NCBI GenBank assembly: GCA_963818475.1
Contig: CAWFSF010000006.1
Coordinates: forward strand, 256,001 to 320,000
Direction: 5' to 3'
DNA length: 64,000 bases
DNA from: Nitrospirota bacterium
GTDB taxonomy: Bacteria; Nitrospirota; UBA9217
Part shown: positions 49,984-60,331 of the stretch, piece after piece
Position numbering within the stretch: the first letter of the stretch is position 1
Layout of the letters: each line of letters starts with the position of its first letter
Translations under genes and position numbers: made by a program
The notes under the pieces: generated by a model
What the model saw: only the letters and a program-made list of their open reading frames with translations
Told to the model about the DNA's origin: nothing
Database searches by the model: none

Positions 49984-51820
49984 CTACCGCAATCCCCGCA
50001 TCTCCTTCACTTTCGCGATGATCGCATTCTTCGAGATGTCCTCGTAATCGAGCAGCTCTCCGGGTTTTCCGCTTTTCGGCATCCTGCGCACGGCAAGAGC
50101 GTAGACCGGCACCGGATGTTCGGAAAGCGCGCTTCTGACCGCTTCGCCGATTCCCCCCTCGGCAACATGGTCCTCGACCGTGATGATCGCCCCCGTATCA
50201 TCTGCGGAACGGGCAAGCGTTGCCGCATCGATCGGCTTGATGCTGTACAGGTCGATGATGCGGATCATGACCCCTGCCTTCTTCAGCTCTTCATAGGCCT
50301 TGAGCGCCTCATGCACGGTGATGCCTGCGCCGACCACCGTGGCGACATCCTTTTTGCTCGACCGTAGTATCTTGGACCCGCCGATCCAGAAGGCTTCGTC
50401 ATTACGGTAAATGATGGGCGTGGCCTGCCGCGTGGTCCGCAGATAGGCAATGCCTGTGTGCTGTGCCATCTTTTCGACAAGCTTTTCCGTTGACACGGCA
50501 TCGGAAGGATAGAGCACGACACTGTTTTGCAGCGTTCTGAACATTGCAATGTCCTCGAGGCCCATCTGGGACGAACCGTCTTCGCCGATCGAAACTCCGG
50601 CATGGGAGCCGCAGAACTTGATGTTGGCAAGCGAATACTGGCTCATGCGTATCTGGTCAAAGGCGCGGGTCAGGAAGGCGGCGAAGGTCGATACGAAGGG
50701 GATCTTGCCGCGGATGGACAGGCCGAGCGCCGTGCCGACCATGTTCTGTTCCGCAATGAACATCTCGAAGAAACGCTCCGGGTACTTCGCCTTGAATATC
50801 TCGGCATAGGTCGAGTTGCTCACCTCGGCATCGAGAACGATCATGTCCGGGAAAAAAGGGAAGATCCGTTCCAGTGCCGTGCCATAGGCGTGCCTCGTGG
50901 CAACGGATGGTGTTCGATGCATAGGAGACCGGCTGCAGGGGAAGCGCTTCCTGTTACTCCCGGCTTGAAGCTCTTCGAGGTTTTGTGATCCGGCCCACCA
51001 GCGTCTTGTCAACAGGGCCAAGCTCTGCTATCGCTCGCACAAGCTCTTCCTTGTTGAGGGTCTTTCCGTGCCACCCGTTCTTGTCCTCGATAAAGGAGAC
51101 GCCTTTGCCCTTCAAGGTCTTGGCGATGATCATGACGGGCTTGTCCCTGGCTTCTGTTGCCTGTTTGAATGCCGTAAGGATCTGGGGCAGATGATGTCCG
51201 TCAATGACGATGGGCTCCCATCCGAAGGCAGACACCCGGTTCTTATACACCGAGAGGTCATGTCCGTACATGGTCTCCCCGCGCTGGCCCAGCCGGTTCA
51301 CGTCCATGATGCCCACGAGGTTGTCCAGCTTGTAGTAAGCGGCGAGTTCCATGGCTTCCCATTGCGAACCCTCGGCCATCTCGCTGTCACCGAGAAGCAC
51401 ATAGGTGCGGTAGGGCAGCTTATCGATATATTTCGCGTTCAGCGCCATGCCCAGTCCGATCGAAAGGCCCTGTCCGAGCGAGCCGGTTGCCGCCTCGGTA
51501 TACCGGAAGGCCGGCGTGGGATGGCCTTCAAAGGGGCTGTTGAACTTTCTGAAGGTCAGGAGTTCCTGCTCTGTTACCTTTCCGGCAGCTGCCCAGATCG
51601 AATAAAAGAGCGGCGATGCGTGGCCTTTGGAAAAGATGAGGCGGTCGTTGTTCGGCATGCGCGGGTTGTCCAGGTCGAACCTGAAGGCGCCGCCGAAGAG
51701 GAGTCCGGTCATCAGATCTGCTGCGGACAGGGAGGACGTCGGATGTCCCGAGCCTGCCTCGGTTGACATGACGAGGCTGTAGTAGCGGATGAGTCTGGCA
51801 ATGCTTTCAAGGTTGTTCAT
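49984..51820 (-). CDS. tkt: Transketolase (frameshift near 50950)
   Basis: SGHPTSS, SKGHA, GSLGQG, GDSE..EG, IAEQNMV, EDGSSQM. Confidence 0.92.
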
Positions 51821-51985
51821 GGGGCCTCCGGAAAAACCAAAATTTATTAACGGCAGTTGGCCGCAGATGTACGCAGATTAACTGCAGATAAAACCAGAGA
51901 TTAAGGTGGAAAAAACTTTACGATAAAATGTTGTTAGATTTTACCGGCGTCCAAATGTTCCCTCACATCTGTCAGCTCAATCGGA

Positions 51986-53419
51986 TCAATAATGCATTGC
52001 ACTCTTTATTATTTCTATCATCGGTCCGGGATACACGCCAAGCCAGATCAGCAGAACCATAAGACACGTAAGAACTGCGCTTCCGAATCTCGATGAAGGA
52101 ACAGCGGGCTCGGCTGACTGTCCTTCCGCCTGTTCAAAGAGCGCCGCGATGATGCGCAGATAGTAGAACAGGCCGATGGCGCTGTTGATGACGAGGACGA
52201 TGACCAGTGCCCAGAGGGACGATTCCGCGCCTGCACCCACCACATAGAACTTGCCGACGAATCCGGCGGTGAGCGGGATGCCTGCGAGCGAGAACAGCAT
52301 GGCGCTGAAAACTGCGGCAAGCCAGGGACGGCGCCAGGCGAGGCCCTGGTAGTCTTCCATGAGGTCGGCGTCACGGTCCTTGCCCGAGACCACGCTTACC
52401 ACGCCGAAAGCGCCGATGGTGGTGATGAAGTAGGCGACGAGGTAAAAGGCGGATGCCGAGATCGCCATGGGTCCGCTTGCCAGAAGCGTTACGAGCAGAT
52501 ACCCGAGATGGGAGATGGACGAGTATGCCAGAATGCGTTTGACGTTGTTCTGCTTCAGAGCGAGCAGGTTGCCAACGAACATCGACGCGATGGCAACGGC
52601 GCTCATGATCAGGAGCAGGGCTGGGCCGTTCATGGATGTCGATGCTCGTAAAGATCCGGAGAAGCACCGCAAAGACCGCGCCCTTTTGATATGGTTGCCA
52701 CGAATGCGGTCACCGGTGCAGGCGCTCCCTCGTATACGTCAGGCGTCCAGAGATGGAAAGGAACGACTGCAAGCTTGAACCCGAGACCTGCCAGGACCAT
52801 GGCGAGCCCGGCTGTCAGCGGCAAACCGTATGTTCCGGGAGCGCCGATGCGGGAAGCGATGTGGGTGAAGGTCATGCTGCCGGTCTCGGCATATACGAGC
52901 GCCATGCCGAAGAGTAGTACTCCTGACGAGGCAGCGGCCAGGATCAGGTATTTGACGCCTGCCTCGGTGCTCCGGAGGCTGTGGCGATGGTAGGCGGTCA
53001 AGGCATAGAGCGATACGCTCAAGCAGTTCGATGCCGAGGAAGAGCGATGCAAAGTGCGTGGCAGCGGTCAGCACCATTGCTCCCAGCGTTGCCAGGAGCA
53101 GCAAAAGATAGAACTCCTCCCGTTCGCCGGTACGGCCTTCAAAGTAGGAATAAGACAAGGCAGCGACTGCAAAGGTGCCGATCACGATCAACCCCAGAAA
53201 GAACAGGGCGTAGTAGTCGATCCTGATGAGCGAGGTTACTTCACGGGGCACGGTACAGATGGCTCCGCTAATGCTTGCAAGCGTCAAGGCAAGGCCTGAG
53301 AGCGTCAGGACCACGGTCAGCAAATGGCTGCGGCGCAGGGCGATCGCGAGCATGACCACGATGGCGGTGATCGACAGCATGATGAAGGGTGAAAGGGCGG
53401 TCAGGTCTCCCATGTTCAT
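51986..53419 (-). CDS. nuoN: NADH-quinone oxidoreductase subunit N (frameshifted)
   Basis: [37 protein letters not shown] across three ORFs. Confidence 0.92.
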
Positions 53420-54925
53420 TGTCCGACTCCCCTGGTTGATATTGGTTGCCCATGGCTTGAACAGCATTCGAGTCCGCTCAGCACGGGCTTGGCAGTATCC
53501 AGAATGGTCTGCGGAAAAAGGCCGATCGTGATTATCGCGATGATCATGATCGCAAGCATTCCCGTCTCGCGAACTGAAAGATCGGGCAGCTTGCTATCTG
53601 CCTATGGTACCGTGGAACACGCGCTGCGCTATCCGGAGCGAGTAGACGACTGAAAGGACGAGGCCCAAAGCGCCGATGACGGTCAAGGCGATATTCACCG
53701 GGAAGGTGCCGAGCAGGACCAGGAACTCGCCGACGAAGTTGGCGGTGCCCGGCAGGCCGAGCGAAGCAAGCACGAACACCAGGCCCATGCTGCTGAGCCG
53801 AGGAGCGCTGGTCCAGAAACCGCCCATGCTCCCCAGCTCGCGCGTATGGATGCGCTCCTGGATCATGCCCACGAGCATGAACAGCGCGCCCGTGGTAACG
53901 CCATGCGCCACGATCTGCATGACCGCACCGGACAAGGCAGCCGTGGTTCCGGCGAAGATCCCGAGCAGCACGAATCCCATATGGCTTACGCTGGTGTAGG
54001 CCACGAGGCGCTTCAGGTCGGTCTGGGCAAAAGCAAGCACGGCCCCGTACAGAATACCCGCAACAGCAAGTCCCATGACCACTGGCGCAACCATTTGCAC
54101 GGCATCGGGGAAGAGCGGCAGCACAAAGCGCAGGAGCCCGTAAGCACCGGTCTTTAAGAGCAGCCCCGCCAGGATGACGCTTCCGGCCGTGGGAGCTTCG
54201 GTATGCGCATCAGGAAGCCAGGGATGGAACGGCAGCATCGGCAGTTTCACGGCAAAGGCAATGAAGAACCCGAGCATGAGCCAGAGGGAAGCAGACGGCG
54301 ACATGGCGGTTCCCAGCAGCAGCGGATAGTCGAAGGTGTAGAAGCCGGTGCTCTTGCCATGAATGAAGTAGAGCCCCAGGATGGAGAGCAGCATCAAAAG
54401 GCCGCCGGCCTGGGTAAAGATAAAGAACTTGTACGAGGCGTATACGCGGTTCTCGTGCCCCCAGATGTTGATCAGGAAGTACATGGGCACGAGCATCAGT
54501 TCCCAGAAGAAATAGAACAGGAACAGGTCGAGCGAGAGGAAAACACCGAGGATGCCAGCCAGGATAAAGAGCAGGTTCAAATGAAAGAACCCGACCCGGT
54601 CGCTGATCTCGGTCCAGGAGCAGAGTACGGCCAGAATGCCGAGAAATATCGTAAGGGACACGAGGATCAGGCTCAGCCCGTCCAAGGCCAGATGGAAGCT
54701 GATGCCGAGCTGCGGAATCCAGGCGCGCTGCATCTCGACCAGCCAGGAATCAGGCGTAAGGGACACCGCAGCAACGTGCTCGTTCCAGAGCAGCAGGACC
54801 AGTACCAGGTCAAACGTGAGCGCACTCAGCGCGATCCAGCGCGGCAGGTTGCTGTTCTTCCCGTCGGAAAGCCATGCTGCCAGTCCGCCCAGAAGCGGTA
54901 TGATGATGAGCAGGAGGAGGATCAT
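53416..54925 (-). CDS. nuoM: NADH-quinone oxidoreductase subunit M (frameshift near the 3' end)
   Basis: FFWELMLVPMY, WLPDAHTEAPTAGS, DLKRLVAYTSVSH. Confidence 0.93.
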
Positions 54926-54969
54926 GGTGTTTAGTGCTTTCCTCTCAGTATGGTACTTGTTGATTCTCA

Positions 54970-55422
54970 TCCTCTCCCCAACGAGGGAGAGGACCGAGGT
55001 GAGGGGGGAATCAGATTCCCTTTTCCATCTTTTCCAATATATCAGCCATAACTACTTCCGGCGATTTTAATACGTCATGGTTCCAGTAACGTAAAACACG
55101 GTAGCCCCGTTCTTTCAACCAGGCACTTCTTTTTTCATCATATTGAACTTGATCGGTGTGCTGGCCTCCATCGAGTTCGATGATCAAGCGTTGTTCTAAA
55201 CAGATAAAATCTACAATATAAGACCCGATCGGCTGCTGTCTCCGGAACTTAAATGCACCCAGTTGACGCATTCGCAGGTGTTTCCAAAGAAGCCGTTCCG
55301 CGTCGGTTGCTTTCCTGCGTAATTGCCTTGCGTTTGTGATACTGGTAGGACTGTGCTCCATTTATGGAGATCCTTCCCTTTTATCCCCCTCACCCTGGCC
55401 CCTCCCTCGAAGGGGAGAGGGA
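54970..55422. mobile_element. DUF559 gene cassette bounded by inverted palindromic elements
   Basis: 54970-55008 and 55385-55422 are inverted copies of CCCCCTCACC..CCTCTCCC..GGGAGAGG; inserted between nuoL and nuoM. Confidence 0.7.
55011..55361 (-). CDS. DUF559 (Vsr-like/YcjD-like) endonuclease domain protein
   Basis: ARQLRRKAT.AE..LW..LR, FRRQQPIG.YIVDF, IELDGGQH. Confidence 0.92.
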   Translation of the reverse strand: MEHSPTSITNARQLRRKATDAERLLWKHLRMRQLGAFKFRRQQPIGSYIVDFICLEQRLIIELDGGQHTDQVQYDEKRSAWLKERGYRVLRYWNHDVLKSPEVVMADILEKMEKGI

Positions 55423-55437
55423 ATAAGGGGCTACATC

Positions 55438-57326
55438 CTACTGAAAGAGCAATATGAACCCCAAAAACACCACCACACCCACAGCGATCCCCATTGCATA
55501 CCATCGTATATTGCCGGTCTGTGTTCTGCTCAAGACACGGTGCAAGGCCGTATTCATGGTAACGATGCCGTCATATCCGCTATCAATGAAGTCATCCTTA
55601 TTGATCCTCGCGATCCAAAGAAAGGGTTTTACCAAAAGGGCATCATAGAGGGCATCAAATCCCCAGCCTGCGAACCAGAACCTGCGCAGCGCCTCAACCG
55701 GGCTGGCAGTTGCGAACTTATCAGCATAGGCCGGTTTGCGAACGTAGAGAACGTAAGCAAGCACGATACCTGAAACAGAGACTAATGAAGCCACGATCTG
55801 CAAGAGCAGTTCCATGTTTCCTGCTGCATGTATCTGGCGAAGCCGGGAATACCGCTGACATGAAATTCGAGAAGAGCGGCATATTGCCGAGCGTATCAGG
55901 AATTTCGATAAAACCTCCGATAATGGATAAAAGAGCGAGCACGATGAGCGGAGCGGTCATACGTCTCCCCGGTTTCATACTGAGCCCGATCTTTTCTTTT
56001 CCAAAGAAGGTGACAAATACCATCCTGAAGGTATAGAGCGAAGTAATGAACGCCCCCAAAAGGCCTGCCAGCCAGAGCCAGATGTTGCCTGTTGGCGACG
56101 ACCATGCTTGCCACAGGATCAGGTCCTTGCTGTAGAACCCTGCGGTCACGAGCGGCAACGCCGAGAGCGAGGCCGAGCCGATGAGGAATGTCCAGAACAC
56201 CAGCAGGAAGCCGCTTCCTGAGCCCGCCCATCTTGAACATGTCGTGTTCCTCGTGCTGGGCCAGGATGACGACACCTGCGCCAAGGAACAGCAGCGCTTT
56301 GAAGAACGCGTGGGTCATGAAGTGGAACATTGCTGCCGACCAGGCGCCAACGCCCAGGGCAAGGAACATGTAGCCGATCTGACTGATCGTTGAATAGGCA
56401 AGCACCCGTTTGATATCTTTCTGCGTCAGGGCGCTGAAACCTGCAAGCAGCAGCGTTGCTGCACCGATGACTGCTACGGCCGTCTGAACAGGAGGCGCGA
56501 GCAGAAACAGAACGTGGGTACGGGCAATGAGATACACGCCGGCGGTCACCATGGTGGCTGCATGGATGAGCGCGCTGACCGGCGTGGGGCCAGCCATGGC
56601 ATCGGGAAGCCAGGTCTGGAGCGGCAGCTGGGCGGATTTACCGACTGCTCCTCCCAGAAGCAGTGCCGCCGCAGCCATTGCCAGGGGAGAGCCGATCTGC
56701 CATTCAGCCGAGGCCCGCTGCATCAGTTCCTGAATATGGAGCGTTCCGAGGTTCGTGTACAAGAGGAACAGACCGATCGCCATGAAGGTATCGCCGATGC
56801 GCGTTACGATAAAGGCCTTGCGCGCAGCAGCGCCGTTCACGGGATCCTTGTACCAGAACCCGATCAGCAGATAACTGCAGAGGCCCACGCCTTCCCACCC
56901 GAGATACAGGAGCAGCAGGTTGTCAGCCAGTACGAGCGTCAGCATGGATCCGACAAAGAGGTTCATATAAGCGAAGAAACGGCTGTATCCTTCGTCGTTC
57001 TGCATGAATTCAGCAGAATAAAGATGAATGAGGAAGCCCACAAAGGTGATGACGAAAATCATGACGAGCGACAGCGCATCAAGAGAGAATGAAACGCTGG
57101 CCGAGAAACCGCCGACCTTCATCCAGGTCCAGAGCGTCTGTGTGAATGCAATGTCCTGAGACCCGATGAACTCGATCGCCATGATCATGGTCAGGAGAGC
57201 GGACATGCCGACTGAGCCCGCTCCGACGAGGGCGATTGTGGCCCGGGAGAGGCGACGGCCTGCCAGCGCCAGGATCAGGAATCCGGCAAAGGGCAGGGAA
57301 GGTATGAGGAAAAGATAATTAGACAT
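55438..57326 (-). CDS. nuoL: NADH-quinone oxidoreductase subunit L (frameshifted)
   Basis: GWEGVGLCSY, KSAQLPLQTWLPDAMAGPTPVSALIHAATMV. Confidence 0.93.
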
Positions 57327-57354
57327 ACGTTAGATTCACCACAAGACAAGTTGA

Positions 57355-57427
57355 ACCGCAGAGACGCCGAGACGCTGAGAAAATCCTAGCGATTATGCAT
57401 TTCTCTGTGTCTCCGTGCCTCCGTGGT
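57355..57427. repeat. MITE-like inverted octamer-repeat element between nuoK and nuoL
   Basis: ACCGCAGAGACGCCGAGACGCTGAGA ... TCTCTGTGTCTCCGTGCCTCCGTGGT. Confidence 0.75.
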
Positions 57428-57437
57428 AGATTAGCGT

Positions 57438-57749
57438 TCATCCTTTCATGCTGTTTGCAGCATCAGCATCCAGTGTCTTCAGGTTGTGGTACAGCTGGAT
57501 CACGAGCGCCAATCCGACCGAAACCTCTGCCGCAGCCATGGTCAGGATAAAGATGAACATGACCTGGCCGTCGGGCTGCCCCCAGCGGGCGCCTGCCACG
57601 ACGAAGGCGATGCCGACGGCATTCAGCATGATCTCGATGGACATGAGCATGAACACGATGTTGCGCCGGACCAGTACGCCGACAAAACCCAGCGCAAAGA
57701 TCACGGCTGCCAGGATAAGTCCGTGTTCCATGGGGACCGTTGCCATCAT
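57438..57749 (-). CDS. nuoK: NADH-quinone oxidoreductase subunit K
   Basis: [27 protein letters not shown]. Confidence 0.95.
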   Translation of the reverse strand: MMATVPMEHGLILAAVIFALGFVGVLVRRNIVFMLMSIEIMLNAVGIAFVVAGARWGQPDGQVMFIFILTMAAAEVSVGLALVIQLYHNLKTLDADAANSMKG

Positions 57750-58264
57750 GATCTGCCCTCTTCAACTTTTCCATGACGATGGGGCCTGCCGAGGTGGTAG
57801 GCGCCAACCAGTCCGCTCAGCAGAAGCATGGACGCCAGCTCAACGCCGATCACATAGGGGCCGAAGAGCGCGATGCCGATCTCCTTGGGCGATATTTCAG
57901 CGCCAACAGAGAGTCGTTCCTGGCCGGTCGCGAACAGGTAGATAAGCTCGGCAGCGAGGACGATGATAAGGAGGGACGGGCCGATCCATATACCCGGTGT
58001 CAAAAGCCGGGCTTCCTCTTTCGCCGCCTGTCCGCCGAGGTTCAGCATCATAATGACGAATATGAAAAGCACCATGATGGCGCCGGCGTAGATGATCACT
58101 TCGAGCGCAGCCACGAAGGGCGCGCCAAGGGCAAAGAAGATCAAAGCTACTGCCAGCAGCGATACAATCAGGTAGAGTAGGGCATGCACGGCATTCGTCC
58201 GGGTAATGACCAGGATGGTCGAGATGACTGCCACGAGGGCTGAGATGTAGAAAAGAAAGTTCAT
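57746..58264 (-). CDS. nuoJ: NADH-quinone oxidoreductase subunit J
   Basis: [17 protein letters not shown]; start at MNFLFY. Confidence 0.95.
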   Translation of the reverse strand: MNFLFYISALVAVISTILVITRTNAVHALLYLIVSLLAVALIFFALGAPFVAALEVIIYAGAIMVLFIFVIMMLNLGGQAAKEEARLLTPGIWIGPSLLIIVLAAELIYLFATGQERLSVGAEISPKEIGIALFGPYVIGVELASMLLLSGLVGAYHLGRPHRHGKVEEGRS

Positions 58265-58274
58265 GAACACCTTT

Positions 58275-58753
58275 TTTGCCACGAAGGCACGAAGACACGA
58301 AGAACTTCTAAAAAAGTAAAAGCCGCTATACAACAATCCTTTTTATGCCGTGCTTAATAAGGGGGACATTAAAGTTAATGAGAAAACCTAAACGTTTATC
58401 GGTCAATTTTAAGTGACTAATTATCTGGGCTTCCCAGACAGGGTGCATTTCTTCCACTGCTTTTAGCTCGCAAATAGCCAGATTTTCGACAAGAACATCC
58501 AGTCGTAATCCTTCGTCGAATTTAAGTCCGTCGTATTCAATGGGGATGTCCACTTGTCTTTGGTTTTGTAATCCTCGTTTAGTCAACTCATGACAAAAAC
58601 AAATCTCATATACTTTTTCAAGCAAGCCCGGCCCTAGTGCTTTGTGGACAGTGTAAGCCGCATCAACGATTTTCTTGGCAATAACCTCTTCAGTTTCCGA
58701 CAAGTTAAGAGTGCTCATGACTCCCCTTCGTGTCTTCGTGCCTTCGTGGCAAA
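58275..58753. mobile_element. 479-bp element: GxxExxY gene within perfect 28-bp terminal inverted repeats
   Basis: TTTGCCACGAAGGCACGAAGACACGAAG at 58275-58302 and its exact reverse complement at 58726-58753. Confidence 0.8.
58326..58718 (-). CDS. GxxExxY protein (PD-(D/E)XK nuclease superfamily)
   Basis: LGPGLLEKVY, RLDVLVE, ELK, LINF. Confidence 0.93.
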   Translation of the reverse strand: MSTLNLSETEEVIAKKIVDAAYTVHKALGPGLLEKVYEICFCHELTKRGLQNQRQVDIPIEYDGLKFDEGLRLDVLVENLAICELKAVEEMHPVWEAQIISHLKLTDKRLGFLINFNVPLIKHGIKRIVV

Positions 58754-58759
58754 TTATGT

Positions 58760-59275
58760 TTAGGGTAGTAAGCTCCTTGTATCAACGGGCTTTTCTTCAT
58801 TCTCAGCTTCGCCCTTGTCCTTCCCCTTGATCGACAAGCCTGCGACACGGTAGAAATTATACTCATGGTACTTGCCGGGGCCGCTGATCAGCAGGTCTTC
58901 TTTCTCGTATACGAGGTTCTGCCGCTTATATTCACCCATCTCGAAATCGGTGGTGAGCTGTATGGCATTGGTCGGGCATGCTTCTTCGCAGTATCCGCAA
59001 AAGATGCAGCGCGAGAAGTTGATCCGGAAGAACTCGGGATACCGCCTTCCGTGCTCGTCCTCGGTCGACTGGAGCGAGATGCAGTCCACCGGGCAGGCCA
59101 CGGCGCACAAATAGCATGCGACGCAGCGTTCCTGGCCGTCGGGGTCGCGGGAGAGGATGATCCTGCCGCGCCACCGGGGAGGGATATAAGGCCGCTCCTC
59201 GGGGTACTGGATCGTCGCCCGCTTCCGGAACATGGTCATGAAGACCGTATAGATCGTTTTGAGAAGACTAATCAT
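58760..59275 (-). CDS. nuoI: NADH-quinone oxidoreductase subunit I
   Basis: Two CxxCxxCxxxCP motifs. Confidence 0.95.
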   Translation of the reverse strand: MISLLKTIYTVFMTMFRKRATIQYPEERPYIPPRWRGRIILSRDPDGQERCVACYLCAVACPVDCISLQSTEDEHGRRYPEFFRINFSRCIFCGYCEEACPTNAIQLTTDFEMGEYKRQNLVYEKEDLLISGPGKYHEYNFYRVAGLSIKGKDKGEAENEEKPVDTRSLLP

Positions 59276-59286
59276 ATGAACCTTTT

Positions 59287-59368
59287 GACACTGAAGGACA
59301 CTGATCTCGTTATGATTAAAACATACGATCTAAAGACGTATCATAAAAAATCTGTGTTGATCAGTGTC
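59287..59368. repeat. MITE-like element between nuoH and nuoI
   Basis: GACACTGAAGGACACTGAT ... ATCTGTGTTGATCAGTGTC. Confidence 0.65.
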
Positions 59369-59374
59369 TAAATA

Positions 59375-60331
59375 TTATTTTGCCTTAAGCAGTATCCATG
59401 CACCCGTCACCACCAGATTCAGCAGCGACAACGGCAGCATCACCTTCCATCCGAACGACATCAGCTGATCATACCGCGGCCGGGGAAGCGACGCCCGGAG
59501 CAGGATGAAGAAGCAGATGAAGACAAAGGTCTTGATCAGGAACCAGACGATCGGCGGCAGGAACGGCCCCATCCAGCCGCCGAAGAACAGCGCCACCGTG
59601 ATCGCCGAGATGAGCGTGATGCCGAGATATTCACCCACAAAGAACATGCCGAACTTCAGCCCCGAGTATTCCGAATGGAAGCCTGCAACCAGTTCGCTCT
59701 CCGCCTCGGGAAGGTCAAAGGGCAGCCGGTGGGTCTCGGCGACGCCGGCGATGAAGAAGACCACGAAGCCGATGAACTGCGGCACGATGAACCAGCCGTC
59801 GCGCTGCGCCTCGACGATCACGCGCAGATTGAACGAGCCCGCCAGCATGACCACGCCCATGAGCGACAGACCCATGAAGACCTCATAGCTCAGCATCTGC
59901 GCAACCGAACGCAGCCCGCCCAGGAGCGCATATTTGCTGTCCGAAGCCCATCCTGCGAGCGCCACGCTGTACACACCGAGGGACGACATGGCGAGGAAGA
60001 ACAGCAGCCCGATGTTCAGGTCCACGACCTCGATGCCCGGCGCAAAGGGGATGACCGTGAAGGACATGAGCACGACGACCATGATCACGGCTGGAGCAAT
60101 GATGAACACCGGCTTGTCGGCAAAGGGCGGGACCCAGTCCTCTTTTGTCAGGATCTTCACCGTGTCCGCCAGCACCTGCAGCAGGCCGAAGGGCCCCACG
60201 CGGTTCGGGCCGTACCGGTCCTGCCAGAGCGCAAGGAGCCTGCGCTCAAGCCAGATGAGCATTGCGCCGATGGTCAGCACCACGAAGAGGATGCTGAAGA
60301 GGACCAGGATATGATAAAGCGCTTCATTCAT
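59375..60331 (-). CDS. nuoH: NADH-quinone oxidoreductase subunit H
   Basis: [32 protein letters not shown]. Confidence 0.96.
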   Translation of the reverse strand: MNEALYHILVLFSILFVVLTIGAMLIWLERRLLALWQDRYGPNRVGPFGLLQVLADTVKILTKEDWVPPFADKPVFIIAPAVIMVVVLMSFTVIPFAPGIEVVDLNIGLLFFLAMSSLGVYSVALAGWASDSKYALLGGLRSVAQMLSYEVFMGLSLMGVVMLAGSFNLRVIVEAQRDGWFIVPQFIGFVVFFIAGVAETHRLPFDLPEAESELVAGFHSEYSGLKFGMFFVGEYLGITLISAITVALFFGGWMGPFLPPIVWFLIKTFVFICFFILLRASLPRPRYDQLMSFGWKVMLPLSLLNLVVTGAWILLKAK

